DNA of 49,804 nt from the NCBI GenBank assembly GCA_025454115.1, contig JALOPB010000002.1, positions 1-49,804 of the forward strand. Reading direction: 5' to 3'. This document shows, one piece after another, positions 17,101-26,943 of the stretch. Made by a program: the position numbers and the translations under genes. This DNA is from Desulfobacterales bacterium (GTDB lineage: Bacteria; Desulfobacterota; Desulfobacteria; Desulfobacterales; SpSt-501). The notes beneath the pieces are model-generated. The model was given only the letters and a program-made list of their open reading frames with translations, made no database searches and had not been told where the DNA came from. The number at the start of each line of letters is the position of its first letter. Position 1 is the first letter of the stretch.

Positions 17101-17883
17101 CTACATAAAGGTTGCTGGCGGTTTGACGGCAACCCCCGCAGCTCCGAGCGTCTCGCGGATCTTTTTTACCAATACCAGGGCCTGGGGGTTGTCGCCGTGA
17201 ACGCAGATGGTCTCGGCCTTCAACTCGATCTCGGGGCCTTCGATGGTCTTGACCTTGCCCTCCCTGACGAGCTTCAGCACCTTGGCTGCCACCACGTCGT
17301 TGTCGTGGATCACGGCGCCGGGCAGCTTGCGGGAAACCAATGATCCGTCCAGGTTGTAGGCCCGGTCGGCGAAGAACTCGAAGGCGATGCGGATACCGCG
17401 ACGCTGCCCGATCAACTCGAGTTCGCGCCGATCGGAGCCAGCGAGCACAAACAGGATCAGCCGTTCGTCGAGCCCGGCCATCACCTCTGCCACCGCGTCC
17501 CAGATGGCGGGGTTCTTCACGGCCATGTTGTAAAGCGCGCCATGAGGCTTGACGTGTTGGAGCCGCGCTCCCTGCAGGGCAGCGACCGCTTGAAGCGCGC
17601 CGATCTGATAGGTGACGAAATCCCTGATCTCCGTCGGCGTCACATCCATGCTCCGGCGGCCAAACCCGACCAGGTCCGGCAGCCCGGGGTGCGCCCCGAG
17701 CCCAACTCCGTGATCTTGGGCCAGAGCGACGGTCCGACGCATGACGGCCGGATCTCCGGCATGAAATCCACACGCGATGTTGGCCGAACTGATAAGGGGG
17801 ATGACATCCTCATCCAGGCCGAGCTTGTAGGTGCCGAAGCTTTCGCCGACGTCCGAATTGATGTCGATGGCGTTCAGGGACAT
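17101..17883 (-). CDS. pxpA: 5-oxoprolinase subunit A (PxpA; LamB/YcsF family)
   Basis: Begins IDINSDVGESFGTYKLG. Contains ANIACGFHAGDP and KPHGALYN, the LamB/YcsF signatures. Confidence 0.9.
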   Translation of the reverse strand: MSLNAIDINSDVGESFGTYKLGLDEDVIPLISSANIACGFHAGDPAVMRRTVALAQDHGVGLGAHPGLPDLVGFGRRSMDVTPTEIRDFVTYQIGALQAVAALQGARLQHVKPHGALYNMAVKNPAIWDAVAEVMAGLDERLILFVLAGSDRRELELIGQRRGIRIAFEFFADRAYNLDGSLVSRKLPGAVIHDNDVVAAKVLKLVREGKVKTIEGPEIELKAETICVHGDNPQALVLVKKIRETLGAAGVAVKPPATFM

Positions 17884-17923
17884 GCGATGGTCCTCCGGTG
17901 CTGGGGTGCAGCGTTGGTGCCAT

Positions 17924-17957
17924 AAAAAAGAGGGAACGGCAAACGACCCGTTCCCTC
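17924..17957 (-). terminator. Rho-independent terminator of rplM-rpsI
   Basis: A 10-bp perfect stem, gagggaacgg (17930..17939) with ccgttccctc (17948..17957), is followed on the minus strand by T6 (17929..17924). Confidence 0.75.
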
Positions 17958-17982
17958 CTGGCTCTTCTTATGAAAAAGCGTG

Positions 17983-18378
17983 CTAACGCTTAGAGAACTG
18001 GAACCGCGCTCGGGCGGAGCGCTGGCCGTATTTTTTGCGTTCCTTGACGCGCGGGTCGCGCTTCACAAAACCGGCCTTCTTGAGGGTGCCGCGGAAATCC
18101 GGGTTGGCGGAAATCAAGGCTCGCGTGATTCCGTGGCGGATCGCCGCCGCCTGCCCGACCGGCCCTCCGCCCTGAACCGTGGCTCTGACATCATAAGCGC
18201 CGGTGGTATTCGTCAATTTGAGGGGCTGGACCAGTTCCAAGCGCGTGGTCTCCAGCGGAAAATATTCCTCCACCGGGAGGTTGTTGACAACAATGGCGCC
18301 ATTTCCCGGCGTGAGCCATGTGCGGGCAATCGACGATTTGCGTTTTCCAGTGGCGTAATAAGCAGCTTGTTTTTCCAT
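17983..18378 (-). CDS. rpsI: 30S ribosomal protein S9
   Basis: [16 protein letters not shown] ... [28 protein letters not shown] 18378 has GAGG 6 nt upstream; the ORF-track start at 18390 is a TTG. Confidence 0.95.
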   Translation of the reverse strand: MEKQAAYYATGKRKSSIARTWLTPGNGAIVVNNLPVEEYFPLETTRLELVQPLKLTNTTGAYDVRATVQGGGPVGQAAAIRHGITRALISANPDFRGTLKKAGFVKRDPRVKERKKYGQRSARARFQFSKR

Positions 18379-18407
18379 CCGGTTCCTCAATGATCGTATC
18401 AGTTTGT

Positions 18408-18842
18408 TTAGACTTTAAGGGATTCGGGGCGCTGGGCCTCGTGGGGGTGGTCGCCACCCGCGTAGACTTTGAGCTTCGTGTAAAGACGACTGCCAAGCTT
18501 GTTTTTGGGCAGCATGCCTTTGACCGCCTTGCGGATCAGCTCTTCCGGCCGTTTCTCCATAAGCTCCCGAGCGCTCACGGTTTTCAGCCCGCCGATATAG
18601 CCGGTGTGCCGGTGGTAGAGCTTCTGCACCCATTTCTTGCCGGTCAGCCTGATTTTATCCGCGTTGATGACGACGATGAAATCGCCGACATCCATATGCG
18701 GAGTGAACAACGGATTGTGCTTGCCCCGCAGGCGCGCCGCCACGGCCGACGCCAGCCGCCCAAGGACGGCGCCGCTCGCATCCACCACATACCATTTGCC
18801 CTGAACATCGGCATCTTTAGCACTATAAGTATACTTTTTCAC
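18408..18842 (-). CDS. rplM: 50S ribosomal protein L13
   Basis: [21 protein letters not shown] ... [13 protein letters not shown] at 18842 with GGAG 8 nt upstream gives the canonical L13 N-terminus; the ORF-track GTG is at 18851. Confidence 0.95.
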   Translation of the reverse strand: MKKYTYSAKDADVQGKWYVVDASGAVLGRLASAVAARLRGKHNPLFTPHMDVGDFIVVINADKIRLTGKKWVQKLYHRHTGYIGGLKTVSARELMEKRPEELIRKAVKGMLPKNKLGSRLYTKLKVYAGGDHPHEAQRPESLKV

Positions 18843-18874
18843 GATAGACACTCCTGCACTTTCAAAATCGCATA

Positions 18875-18903
18875 TATTTAGGCGATAATATGTTGCATGT
18901 CAA
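18875..18903 (-). promoter_or_regulatory. Candidate sigma70 promoter of rplM-rpsI
   Basis: On the minus strand: TTGACA (18903..18898), a 17-nt spacer, then TAAATA (18880..18875). Confidence 0.5.
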
Positions 18904-18936
18904 TAACAAAAGAAAAAAACTGGAAATTTGCGGGCA

Positions 18937-19812
18937 TCATCCGTCCGCCGCTTTGATCTCAACATCATACCCCCCGGCCGTTAGCAGTTGTCCTTCGTTT
19001 GAAAAAACGTACACCACCGCCTCGGTGTATGCGGATGAGGGGGGCGGGGTCGGCATCATATGCGAAAACGCCTTGGAATGGTTGATGGAGAAGGTGTAGC
19101 CCTTTTGTCGCCCGGTGGGTTTGCCTTTCGTCAGATCAACCGGCGGCATGGCCAACCATCGTTCGGGATCCGGGTCGCGGCCTTTGAAAACGACGATGAC
19201 ATGCCCCGATAGAGGCTTGCGCGATGGGCGGGTGACAGCCAATTTATAGCGCAGGTGGAGCCCTCGCCGTGCCGGATCCCATCCGGCGTAAAAATCCTGT
19301 ACCGCAATACCTTCATCGACCCCCAGCGGAAGTCGTTTCCCTTCAACGGGCGCCGAGGATACCGTTGACTTTTCCGCCGGAATCGCTGGCTGCAAAGAGG
19401 CGTAAGGGTCTATGGTTTTCCCGGCACCGGTGCCGGGGTCGGTTTTGGGGCCGGGCGCCGGGCGGCCAACACCGGCGAGCGCCTCCCTCATTTTCGCTTC
19501 CACTAGAACCACGTGGGCGGTGAGCAGATCGCGTTCCTGGCGCAGCGCCTGAATTTGAATCTGGGACATCGACACTTGCTCCTGAAGCCCGTGCAAGCGC
19601 CGATGCAAGCCGGCATTGACGACCGCCAGCACAGCGACAGCGGCCAGGGCGGTCCCCACCACTCCGAGGGTCAGCCCAATCAGCGTCTTGATGCGCTTGA
19701 AGGCAATCACCTTCCCGTGATCACCGATAAAAAGCACTCTCCATCGCCGGTCGGCCGCCGCCGTATGATCCTCCGGCTCCAACCGTCTATTCTTTTCGGC
19801 ACCGCTGTTCAT
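18937..19812 (-). CDS. Hypothetical membrane-anchored protein with a coiled-coil segment
   Basis: One TM helix (LIGLTLGVVGTALAAVAVLAVV), then a heptad-like stretch (LQEQVSMSQIQIQALRQERDLL), a Pro/Gly linker and an unrecognised C-terminal domain. The ATG overlaps the upstream TGA (ATGA at 19809..19812). Confidence 0.6.
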   Translation of the reverse strand: MNSGAEKNRRLEPEDHTAAADRRWRVLFIGDHGKVIAFKRIKTLIGLTLGVVGTALAAVAVLAVVNAGLHRRLHGLQEQVSMSQIQIQALRQERDLLTAHVVLVEAKMREALAGVGRPAPGPKTDPGTGAGKTIDPYASLQPAIPAEKSTVSSAPVEGKRLPLGVDEGIAVQDFYAGWDPARRGLHLRYKLAVTRPSRKPLSGHVIVVFKGRDPDPERWLAMPPVDLTKGKPTGRQKGYTFSINHSKAFSHMMPTPPPSSAYTEAVVYVFSNEGQLLTAGGYDVEIKAADG

Positions 19813-20615
19813 CCGACGATCCGCAGGTCGATAGCGTCTCCCTTGCCGACGCCGAAATACTGCTGGGCGCTTCCGCGATTAACGGCAATTTCGAGATACC
19901 CGCGGCTTCCGATAACCGCCACTGGCTGCCCGATCTCCTCCTCGGCATACGTCCGGCGAAGGCCCATGATCGTCTGCCCGGCCAACCGGATCGTAATGGA
20001 GTGTTCATGCGGCCGGAGGTCCGGTGACGGCAGAATCGATGCATGAATATTGGTGAGCAGGTTTCCAAACCGGTCGATGTGCACAATGCAGCCGGTCAGG
20101 TGCCCGTCCGAGGACCATCTGGCGCGCAGGTGCCTCAACCGGGTCGTCTCGACCGGACTCACTTCCGGTCCCAGTTCGCGCGCATCCATTCCGTTCGACA
20201 CGTGTGCGGCGGCCGGAGCCATAATGTCGCGGCCATGAAAGGTCGCGCTGACGCTGGATCGCCGCAGCGCCGGATTCTCCAGCCGGCGCAACGCGGCCGC
20301 TTGCGGAGGATCCATCAGTAGAGACAGAACACCGTTGTCCGGAGCCAGGAAACGGTGGCCGCCCGCCTCCAGATAGAGCAGCGCTCGCGTCGTTCCCACC
20401 CCGGGGTCCACCACCACCAGGTGGATGCTGCCCGGCGGAAAATACCGATAGGAGGATTCCAGCAGGAAGGCCGCCTGGATGATATCCTGGGGTTCAACCG
20501 CATGACTGATGTCAACCATCGTCGCCGAAGGGTTTATTCCCAGGATCACGGCCTTCATGAGTCCGACATATTCGTCCCGGACGCCGAAATCCGTGATGAG
20601 GCTGATGATCGTCAT
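19809..20615 (-). CDS. SAM hydrolase / SAM-dependent halogenase family protein (DUF62, S-adenosyl-L-methionine hydroxide adenosyltransferase-like)
   Basis: [24 protein letters not shown] ... VVVDPGVGTTR ... IDRFGNLLTNI are typical DUF62 motifs. The start overlaps the ruvB stop by 1 nt (TAATG). Confidence 0.8.
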   Translation of the reverse strand: MTIISLITDFGVRDEYVGLMKAVILGINPSATMVDISHAVEPQDIIQAAFLLESSYRYFPPGSIHLVVVDPGVGTTRALLYLEAGGHRFLAPDNGVLSLLMDPPQAAALRRLENPALRRSSVSATFHGRDIMAPAAAHVSNGMDARELGPEVSPVETTRLRHLRARWSSDGHLTGCIVHIDRFGNLLTNIHASILPSPDLRPHEHSITIRLAGQTIMGLRRTYAEEEIGQPVAVIGSRGYLEIAVNRGSAQQYFGVGKGDAIDLRIVG

Positions 20616-21658
20616 TAGAAGAATTTCTGCTGTACGTTGAATCCCAGGTGCCGATAGGCGGCCTCAGGCGCCTTCCGGCCCGATGACGTTCGTGTGAGAA
20701 ATCCGATTTTCAATAAATAGGGCTCGACGATATCGACCAGCGTATCGGATTCCTCCTGGAGGGTGGCCGCCAGGGCTTCGATCCCCACCGGTCCCCCGTG
20801 ATAGAATTGAATGATCGTCCTCAAATACCGCCGGTCGAGATCCGTCAGCCCCTGTCCGTCCACGCCCTCCAACTCCAGGGCCGCCGCCACACTCTGCCGG
20901 TTGATCAGCCCCTGCGAACGCACTTGCGCATAATCGCGGATGCGCTTCAACAGACGATTGACGATGCGCGGGGTCCCCCGCGAGCGGCGGGCCAACTCGA
21001 AGGCACCCTCATCGCCAATGTCGATATCGAGCAGACGCGCGGAACGTTTCGTGATCCGCACCAGCTCGTCCATTCCGTAGAAATCCAGGCTGCGGAAAAT
21101 GCCGAAACGGTCGCGCAGCGGTGCGGACAGAAGGCCCACTCGCGTGGTGGCGCCCACCAGGGTAAAGCGCTTCAGCCGAAACCGGTGACTGCGAGCATGC
21201 ACGCCCTTGTCGAAGACGAAATCGATCGCGAAATCCTCCATCGCCGGGTAAAGCAGCTCCTCTACCGATTTGGGGAGACGGTGGATCTCGTCGATAAACA
21301 GGAGGTCGCCGGAGTCCAGATGCGTTAGAATGCCGATCAGGTCGCCACCCTTTTCGAGGGCGGGTCCGGAGGAAAGCGTCAGATTCGACCCCATCTCGTT
21401 GGCGATAATGTGCGCCAGGGTGGTCTTGCCCAACCCGGGGGGGCCGTGGAGCAACACATGGTCGATCGGCTCGCTGCGCTGCGAAGCCGCTTCGATGGCA
21501 ATTCTCAGGGTCTCGACCACATCGGACTGGCCGACGTAATCAACCAGCCGCCGCGGCCGCAACGACACAATTTCCGGCTCCAGGTCCTCCTCGTGCGCGC
21601 GCCCGGATACCAGCCCTTGTTTGTCGTCCGAAGTGTAAGTGATGATGTCGTCGGTCAT
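20615..21658 (-). CDS. ruvB: Holliday junction branch migration ATPase RuvB
   Basis: [12 protein letters not shown], Walker [12 protein letters not shown], and LFIDEIHRL; full-length RuvB architecture. Confidence 0.97.
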   Translation of the reverse strand: MTDDIITYTSDDKQGLVSGRAHEEDLEPEIVSLRPRRLVDYVGQSDVVETLRIAIEAASQRSEPIDHVLLHGPPGLGKTTLAHIIANEMGSNLTLSSGPALEKGGDLIGILTHLDSGDLLFIDEIHRLPKSVEELLYPAMEDFAIDFVFDKGVHARSHRFRLKRFTLVGATTRVGLLSAPLRDRFGIFRSLDFYGMDELVRITKRSARLLDIDIGDEGAFELARRSRGTPRIVNRLLKRIRDYAQVRSQGLINRQSVAAALELEGVDGQGLTDLDRRYLRTIIQFYHGGPVGIEALAATLQEESDTLVDIVEPYLLKIGFLTRTSSGRKAPEAAYRHLGFNVQQKFF

Positions 21659-21755
21659 GCTGGCACCCTACCACGCGAACCGCCCCTTTCACAACCATTC
21701 ACGCCCGGCGGAACCCCGTCCATTCCCAAAGCGGTCGGCGGCATAGACCCCCGCC

Positions 21756-22388
21756 TTAAGCGTCCGGCTCACGGCCCGGAACCTCACCACGATACACTTC
21801 CTCAAAGAGCTCCTCCGGCGTTGCGATGCTGGGGCGGCGTTTGAACGCCTCGGTGATCATCCGTTTGGCATCGGCCATGCGGTGGCCCAGCTGGTTGACC
21901 ATGACCTCCAGCACCTGCTGGGCCGCATCGTCGGCGGCCGGAGCCGGGGATTTCGGCTCGGTCCGCATGAGCGCAAACTTGCCCATCCGACCCTCCAGAG
22001 TGGCGATGATTTTCTGAGCCGTCCGTTTGCCGATCCCCTTCAGGCGGGCCAACGCATCGAGATCCCGTGCTTCGATGGCTCTGGCAATCTCCCCGACCGG
22101 CACCGTCATCGCCCTTACGGCCTTCAAAGGACCGATATCCTCTACGCTGATGAAATTCTGGAAGAACTCCTTCTCGATCTCATGGGCGAACCCGATCAAT
22201 ACGGGTTTGGGCTGGCGCTCGGTCTGTTGGAAATAAACATGCAATGCCAGGTCATCGCCGGCATGCCGTTCAGCCAAGGACTCCATCACCACGGCAGGCA
22301 CCAGTATCTCGAAGCCGATCTGGTTGGCCAGCACGAGCAAGCGGTCGCTTTCCTTCTTAAGAATTTTCCCCTGGATGTAACCGATCAC
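21756..22388 (-). CDS. ruvA: Holliday junction DNA-binding protein RuvA
   Basis: Begins MIGYIQGKI (GTG start); helix-hairpin-helix LKGIGKRTAQKI; the position is upstream of ruvB. Confidence 0.9.
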   Translation of the reverse strand: MIGYIQGKILKKESDRLLVLANQIGFEILVPAVVMESLAERHAGDDLALHVYFQQTERQPKPVLIGFAHEIEKEFFQNFISVEDIGPLKAVRAMTVPVGEIARAIEARDLDALARLKGIGKRTAQKIIATLEGRMGKFALMRTEPKSPAPAADDAAQQVLEVMVNQLGHRMADAKRMITEAFKRRPSIATPEELFEEVYRGEVPGREPDA

Positions 22389-22479
22389 GGCTTTATCGAT
22401 CCTGCCCTAGCGGCCGGTTTCCGGTTCCTGCCAACGCCAACGAGACGCCGCTTCCCTAATGCGCGGCCTGAAGTCGGAA

Positions 22480-22989
22480 TCATCGGCACACCGCACTGCT
22501 TGGGAGGGGGCGATGGACGCAACGGAACAGTCCGATAAGCGCCAACCCCAAAGCGTCCGCTGCATGGTAGGGGCGAATGGGAACCGGGTGTTTCAGGTGT
22601 CGGCGCACGGCATTTTCCAACTGCACTTTGGATGCATTCCCGTTGCCGGTCAGCACTTGTTTGGCTTCGCGTACCGGAATCGCGGCGCAGCCGACCCCAG
22701 TGCGCGACGCCGCGACCATCACCACCCCCGACACCTGGCCGAGGGAGATCCCGGATTGAGGATATTCCTTCAGGGAAAAAACGTCTTCGACCACCATCAT
22801 ATCGGGGGATTCTTCCGAGAGCAGCCGGAGAAGCTTGGAGAAGATGCGATCGAGTCGTTCAGGCAAGGCGGCGGCGCTCGATGTGGTGATGCAACCGAAA
22901 GAGTATCTCTGCACCTTGAAGCCCTGGCCGCGGACGAAACCCACACCGGTCGCTGCAAGCCCGGGATCGACGCCCATGATCTTTACCAT
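22480..22989 (-). CDS. ruvC: Crossover junction endodeoxyribonuclease RuvC
   Basis: MVKIMGVDPGLAATGVGFV ... MVVEDVF ... HAADALGLAL. ATG 22989 gives the canonical N-terminus; the longer ORF (to 23121) would overlap cpoB. Confidence 0.9.
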   Translation of the reverse strand: MVKIMGVDPGLAATGVGFVRGQGFKVQRYSFGCITTSSAAALPERLDRIFSKLLRLLSEESPDMMVVEDVFSLKEYPQSGISLGQVSGVVMVAASRTGVGCAAIPVREAKQVLTGNGNASKVQLENAVRRHLKHPVPIRPYHAADALGLALIGLFRCVHRPLPSSAVCR

Positions 22990-23044
22990 CGCTCCCAACC
23001 GGTTATCAACACCCCCATCGTCCGCCGAGAGACCGCGCTGCCGA

Positions 23045-23896
23045 TCAGCGGAGCTCTTTGAGCTTGTCGGAAGCGGCCTTGGCCTCGGGGGTTTGAGGGA
23101 ATTTCCGCACCAATTCTTCAAAGATCAGCCGCGAGTTTACCTTATCACCCAATGCGAGAAAGGCATGCCCTTGTTTCAGTAATGCAGACGGTACTTTGTT
23201 GCCCTTGGGGTATTTCTCGATCACCTTTTGGTATTCGAGGATGGATTTTTCGTAGGATTTTTCGCGGAAGAACGTTTCGCCGATCCAAAACTGGGCGTTG
23301 TCGGCATTGGCGGAATTCGGATAGCGCTGGATCAGTTCCTCGAATCCTCTCCGAGCCAGGCCGGAGTTGCCCTGGTCAAATGCCTGTTTGGCACGGTTGT
23401 ACAACTCCTCCTCGGACGGGACTTTAGCGGCCGTCTCCGGCCTAATCTTCGATTCCGTTTTGGAGGAGGCTCCAGGGAGTTCAAGCTTTAGGTATTCCTC
23501 GATACGGGCCAGACGTTGCGCATGCTGGCTGCTCGCGTCTTCCAAACGAGGCAGTCTGTCCTCCCGCGGCTTATCACCCGATTCGGCGGCCGGCCCAGCC
23601 TTTTGACGCATGGCATGCTCGATTTCATCCATCCGGCCGGCAACCCCCCGGACTTCTTCGCGCAGTTCGTCGATCTGCGCCCTCAGGGAGGCAGACATCT
23701 GGCGCAACGCCTGTTCATTGCTCTCGCGGGCTCGGGCGATTTCATCGCGCCGACGGCGTTCCTCGGACTCGCGCAACTCGATTTCGCTCAACCGGGAGTC
23801 GATCGTCGTCACATCCCGGCGCGTCGCGCATCCATGAATGAAGATCAGCAGCAGCAGCGGGATCAGCATCCCCTTCCAGCGTCCTGAACGGCTCAT
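23045..23896 (-). CDS. cpoB: Tol-Pal system protein CpoB/YbgF (coiled coil plus TPR)
   Basis: C-terminal TPR block (YNRAKQAFDQGN...YPNSANADNAQFWIGETFF...YPKGNKVPSALLKQG), a long N-terminal coiled coil, and a position after pal. The likely start is ATG 23896 (GGGGTGA upstream; the signal/lipobox-like LLLLIFIHGC follows); the upstream limit is uncertain. Confidence 0.85.
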   Translation of the reverse strand: MSRSGRWKGMLIPLLLLIFIHGCATRRDVTTIDSRLSEIELRESEERRRRDEIARARESNEQALRQMSASLRAQIDELREEVRGVAGRMDEIEHAMRQKAGPAAESGDKPREDRLPRLEDASSQHAQRLARIEEYLKLELPGASSKTESKIRPETAAKVPSEEELYNRAKQAFDQGNSGLARRGFEELIQRYPNSANADNAQFWIGETFFREKSYEKSILEYQKVIEKYPKGNKVPSALLKQGHAFLALGDKVNSRLIFEELVRKFPQTPEAKAASDKLKELR

Positions 23897-24061
23897 ACGA
23901 ATCACCCCATCCGCTCTCTTGCGGACCATGCCCGGAGGCGATACAACAGACGGCAAACGACTCGCTGGTGCGTTCGTTTGCCGTCTGATGGGTTGCGCAC
24001 TTTCGATGGAGCCGAGCACCGTTACGTCACGCACAACGGTTCTCGGCCAATCGCAAAGGTT

Positions 24062-24568
24062 CTAGTTGATCACAAAACCGTCGTTGCGGTTCTTCGCCCA
24101 GGCTTCCTCGTTCCGGCGGGGATCCAGCGGGCGCTCCTCACCGTAACTGATCGTTGAAATCCGCTTCGCGTCAATTCCGAGATCCACCAGGAATTTCTTC
24201 GCGGACTCGGCCCGACGCTCGCCCAATGCCAAGTTGTATTCGGCGGTGCCGCGCTCATCGGTGTTGCCTTCGATCAGCATCTTGGCAGCGGGATTGGCCT
24301 TCAACCAGTCGGCTTTTTTCTTCAGCAGGGCCTGGGATTCCAGCTTCAGGACGGATTTGTCGAAGTCGAAGAAAATCCGTTCGGTCATAAACGCCGGGAC
24401 TTCAAGCTTGGCCGGAGCAGGTGCCGGGGCCGGAGCAGGTGCCGGGGCCGGAGCAGCGGGCGCCGGAGCCGGAGCCTGAGCCTGCACTTTTTTCTGGCAT
24501 GAAACAGTAAACAGGAAACCGGGCATCACGAGCAGCAATGCCAACACCATCCAAAATTTCTTCTGCAT
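24062..24568 (-). CDS. pal: Peptidoglycan-associated lipoprotein Pal (OmpA-like domain)
   Basis: Lipobox LFTVSC, an Ala-Pro linker, and OmpA-like motifs ([22 protein letters not shown]). Confidence 0.95.
   Translation of the reverse strand: MQKKFWMVLALLLVMPGFLFTVSCQKKVQAQAPAPAPAAPAPAPAPAPAPAPAKLEVPAFMTERIFFDFDKSVLKLESQALLKKKADWLKANPAAKMLIEGNTDERGTAEYNLALGERRAESAKKFLVDLGIDAKRISTISYGEERPLDPRRNEEAWAKNRNDGFVIN
24411..24478. repeat. 18-bp tandem repeat (about 2.5 copies, then degenerate) encoding the (Ala-Pro)n linker of Pal
   Basis: gccggagcaggtgccggg occurs at 24411..24428 and again at 24429..24446, followed by a degenerate continuation. Confidence 0.8.
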
Positions 24569-24611
24569 GTCTTCCTCCCTTTTTCGTTGTAGGATTTTGG
24601 GTTGATGGTGA

Positions 24612-25949
24612 TCAGTTAAATATACCTGAAGACCATTTGGGGTTCGTTTGCTCGCCGTTGAGAAGCAACAACCGGCGTTGATCGGTCCCGAACGCCGTCA
24701 TCACATAAAGCCGCGAAGGTCCTTCGCGGGTACTGTTGAATACAATCAGGCTCCCGTCCGGAGACCACGAAGCCGACTCATTGTCTCCGCCGGTGTTCGT
24801 CAATTGCACCGGGTTCTGACCGTCCGCTCCGATCACGAAAACCTGCTGAAATCCGCCCACCTGCGAACTGTATGCAATCTTGTCTCCCCGCGGTGACCAG
24901 CTGGGTTGGGTATTGTACTTGCCCTCGAAAGTCAGTCGTCTTTCGTTGCCGGTATCGAGATCCAACACGTAAATCTGAGGACCTCCCGTCCGGTTGGAGA
25001 CAAAGGCGATTTTTCTACCATCGGGAGCCCATGTCGGGGCGACATCGCTGCCACGACTGTTGGTCAGCTTTTTAATCATTTTTCCGGTGCCAGTCAACAA
25101 ATAAATTTCCTGATCACCGGAAAAAGACTGGGTGGCCGCCAGCTCAAAACGGTTCGGCATGAAGACCGGCGTGATGTTCATACCCTCGTTGCTGATGACC
25201 GTTTCACGCTTGTCGGCCAGGCTCCGAATATAAATGTCGGGCTTTCCTCCCTTGTAGGAAGTATAAGCGATATGCTGGCCGTCGAAGGACCAGGACGGAA
25301 AAAGTGAAATGGAATCGTTATACGTCAGCCGCGTGGGGTTGTATCCGTCGAAATCACAGGTATAGATTTCTTTCTTGCCGGAACCGGTGGAGACGAATGC
25401 AATCCGGCTGTTGAAGATGCCCTGGTTCCCGGTGAGGTAGAAAACGACTTCGGCGCAAAATCGAAGAATCATCTTGCGGGTCTCAGATACATTGCCGGAA
25501 TATCGCTTTCCAAGAATCTGACGCCCTTTGATGGTGTCAAACAGGCGCAGCTCCATTTCCACATTGTCGCCGGTTTGCCCATAGGTTCCGGTGGTGAGCA
25601 GTTCAGCACCCACCACCGTCCAGTTCTGGAACGTGATGTCGGCGGCGGACACACCGCTTTTCTGCGGATCGAAGAGAAACCCGCCTCGGTCCAGGATCTT
25701 AAAATAGCCGGTAAAATCGAGGCTGCTGGCCATAAAGTCTACGGCCTTGCGGGAGTTGTCGTCTTCACGCGCGCCGTTGGTCAGATTCTTGAACAAGGGG
25801 ACGGCGAGGGGAATTTTGCGCAAAAACGGGTTGCGGATATCGATATACTGATACGTTTCACCGGATTGCTGCGCATTCGCAGCGCCGAGCATTCCGAGGA
25901 ACACCATTGCCAGCATCCATCCGGTTGCTGCGTGTAGCCGTTTCGTCAT
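24612..25949 (-). CDS. tolB: Tol-Pal system beta-propeller protein TolB
   Basis: Signal peptide [26 protein letters not shown] from ATG 25949 (GAGGAG upstream), then repeated PxWSPDG propeller blades ([48 protein letters not shown]). Confidence 0.95.
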   Translation of the reverse strand: MTKRLHAATGWMLAMVFLGMLGAANAQQSGETYQYIDIRNPFLRKIPLAVPLFKNLTNGAREDDNSRKAVDFMASSLDFTGYFKILDRGGFLFDPQKSGVSAADITFQNWTVVGAELLTTGTYGQTGDNVEMELRLFDTIKGRQILGKRYSGNVSETRKMILRFCAEVVFYLTGNQGIFNSRIAFVSTGSGKKEIYTCDFDGYNPTRLTYNDSISLFPSWSFDGQHIAYTSYKGGKPDIYIRSLADKRETVISNEGMNITPVFMPNRFELAATQSFSGDQEIYLLTGTGKMIKKLTNSRGSDVAPTWAPDGRKIAFVSNRTGGPQIYVLDLDTGNERRLTFEGKYNTQPSWSPRGDKIAYSSQVGGFQQVFVIGADGQNPVQLTNTGGDNESASWSPDGSLIVFNSTREGPSRLYVMTAFGTDQRRLLLLNGEQTNPKWSSGIFN

Positions 25950-26022
25950 TTTCTCCTCAATGTTTGAACGGTTCTGGACTATAATTCTATAGTTAGGCCG
26001 AATCGACCGGTTTTTCAATACG

Positions 26023-26943
26023 TCAGCGGATGCCCTCCGGCGTGAACCGAATGGCCACGGTGACGTACGGAGCCTTGATCATAGCAGGATGCGCCGCCAC
26101 CGGGCTGGATTTGACTATGGCCTTGTAAGCCGAGTCATCCAGGTACGGGTTGTTGGAACGTTCTGAAAAGCGGATATCGGTAATTTCTCCGCTGGGCAGC
26201 ACTTTGAACACCAGGCCGACCTTGAGGTTCTTGTCGCCGCCAGCCAACTGTGGTGAGAACGCCCAGTTACGCTCAACCTGCGATGCCACCGTCGCCCGGT
26301 AGATGTCAATGGGTTCGATCTGTCCGGGCCCCCCTCCACCCCCGCCACCGCTGAAGGCGCCTCCGCCCCCCCCCTGACCCGCTGTCGAACCAGTCGGCCC
26401 CGGCCGCGCCGGCGCGCTTTCGGCATCGCCGAATTTTTTCTTCAGCCGGTCAATGGCGGATGCTACCGAACTGGTGTCCGGCTCGCCGACCTTTTTTTCA
26501 ATTCGCTCGATCGCGCGCTCGATCAGTTTCTGCGGATCCTTGGTGGCCTCTTTGAGCGACTTCTTTTCTTTGACCTTGGGCGGCGCAGTGGAGACTTCCG
26601 GCTTGGGCGGTGCCACGGGTACGGGTTTGGGCTCCGCCACGGAAACCGCCGGTTTTTCCGGAGCCGGTTTCGGAGCCTCGACCGGCTTGGGTTTTTCAGC
26701 CGGCGGTCCACCGTCGCCCGCAACTGGTCCCGGAGCGGGTCCGGGCCCCGGCAGCGACACCAGGTTCACGCTGATGGCACCCGGCGGCAAACGCGGTTTG
26801 GAAAAATCCACACGCACATAGAGAAGGCCGGCAATTACCAGCGCGTGCAGGCCGAACGATATGGCCACACAGGAGGCCATGGAACGGGCCAGGGCCTGAC
26901 TCTCCGGGTCCCGAGACTTTCGCACAAAACGTGGGTCCATCAT
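26023..26943 (-). CDS. tolA: TolA-like protein (TM anchor, Pro/Lys-rich spacer, TonB-type C-terminal domain)
   Basis: N-terminal TM segment, a PKPVEAPKPAPEKP-type spacer, a Gly run and a C-terminal TonB-like fold. It sits between tolR and tolB, and its ATG overlaps the tolR TGA. Confidence 0.7.
   Translation of the reverse strand: MMDPRFVRKSRDPESQALARSMASCVAISFGLHALVIAGLLYVRVDFSKPRLPPGAISVNLVSLPGPGPAPGPVAGDGGPPAEKPKPVEAPKPAPEKPAVSVAEPKPVPVAPPKPEVSTAPPKVKEKKSLKEATKDPQKLIERAIERIEKKVGEPDTSSVASAIDRLKKKFGDAESAPARPGPTGSTAGQGGGGGAFSGGGGGGGPGQIEPIDIYRATVASQVERNWAFSPQLAGGDKNLKVGLVFKVLPSGEITDIRFSERSNNPYLDDSAYKAIVKSSPVAAHPAMIKAPYVTVAIRFTPEGIR

Noticed and set aside
15986-17200. A 404-aa plus-strand ORF spanning pxpC/pxpB/pxpA.
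   Set aside because: It is antisense to three well-supported pxp genes, crosses their gene boundaries, and has no motifs.
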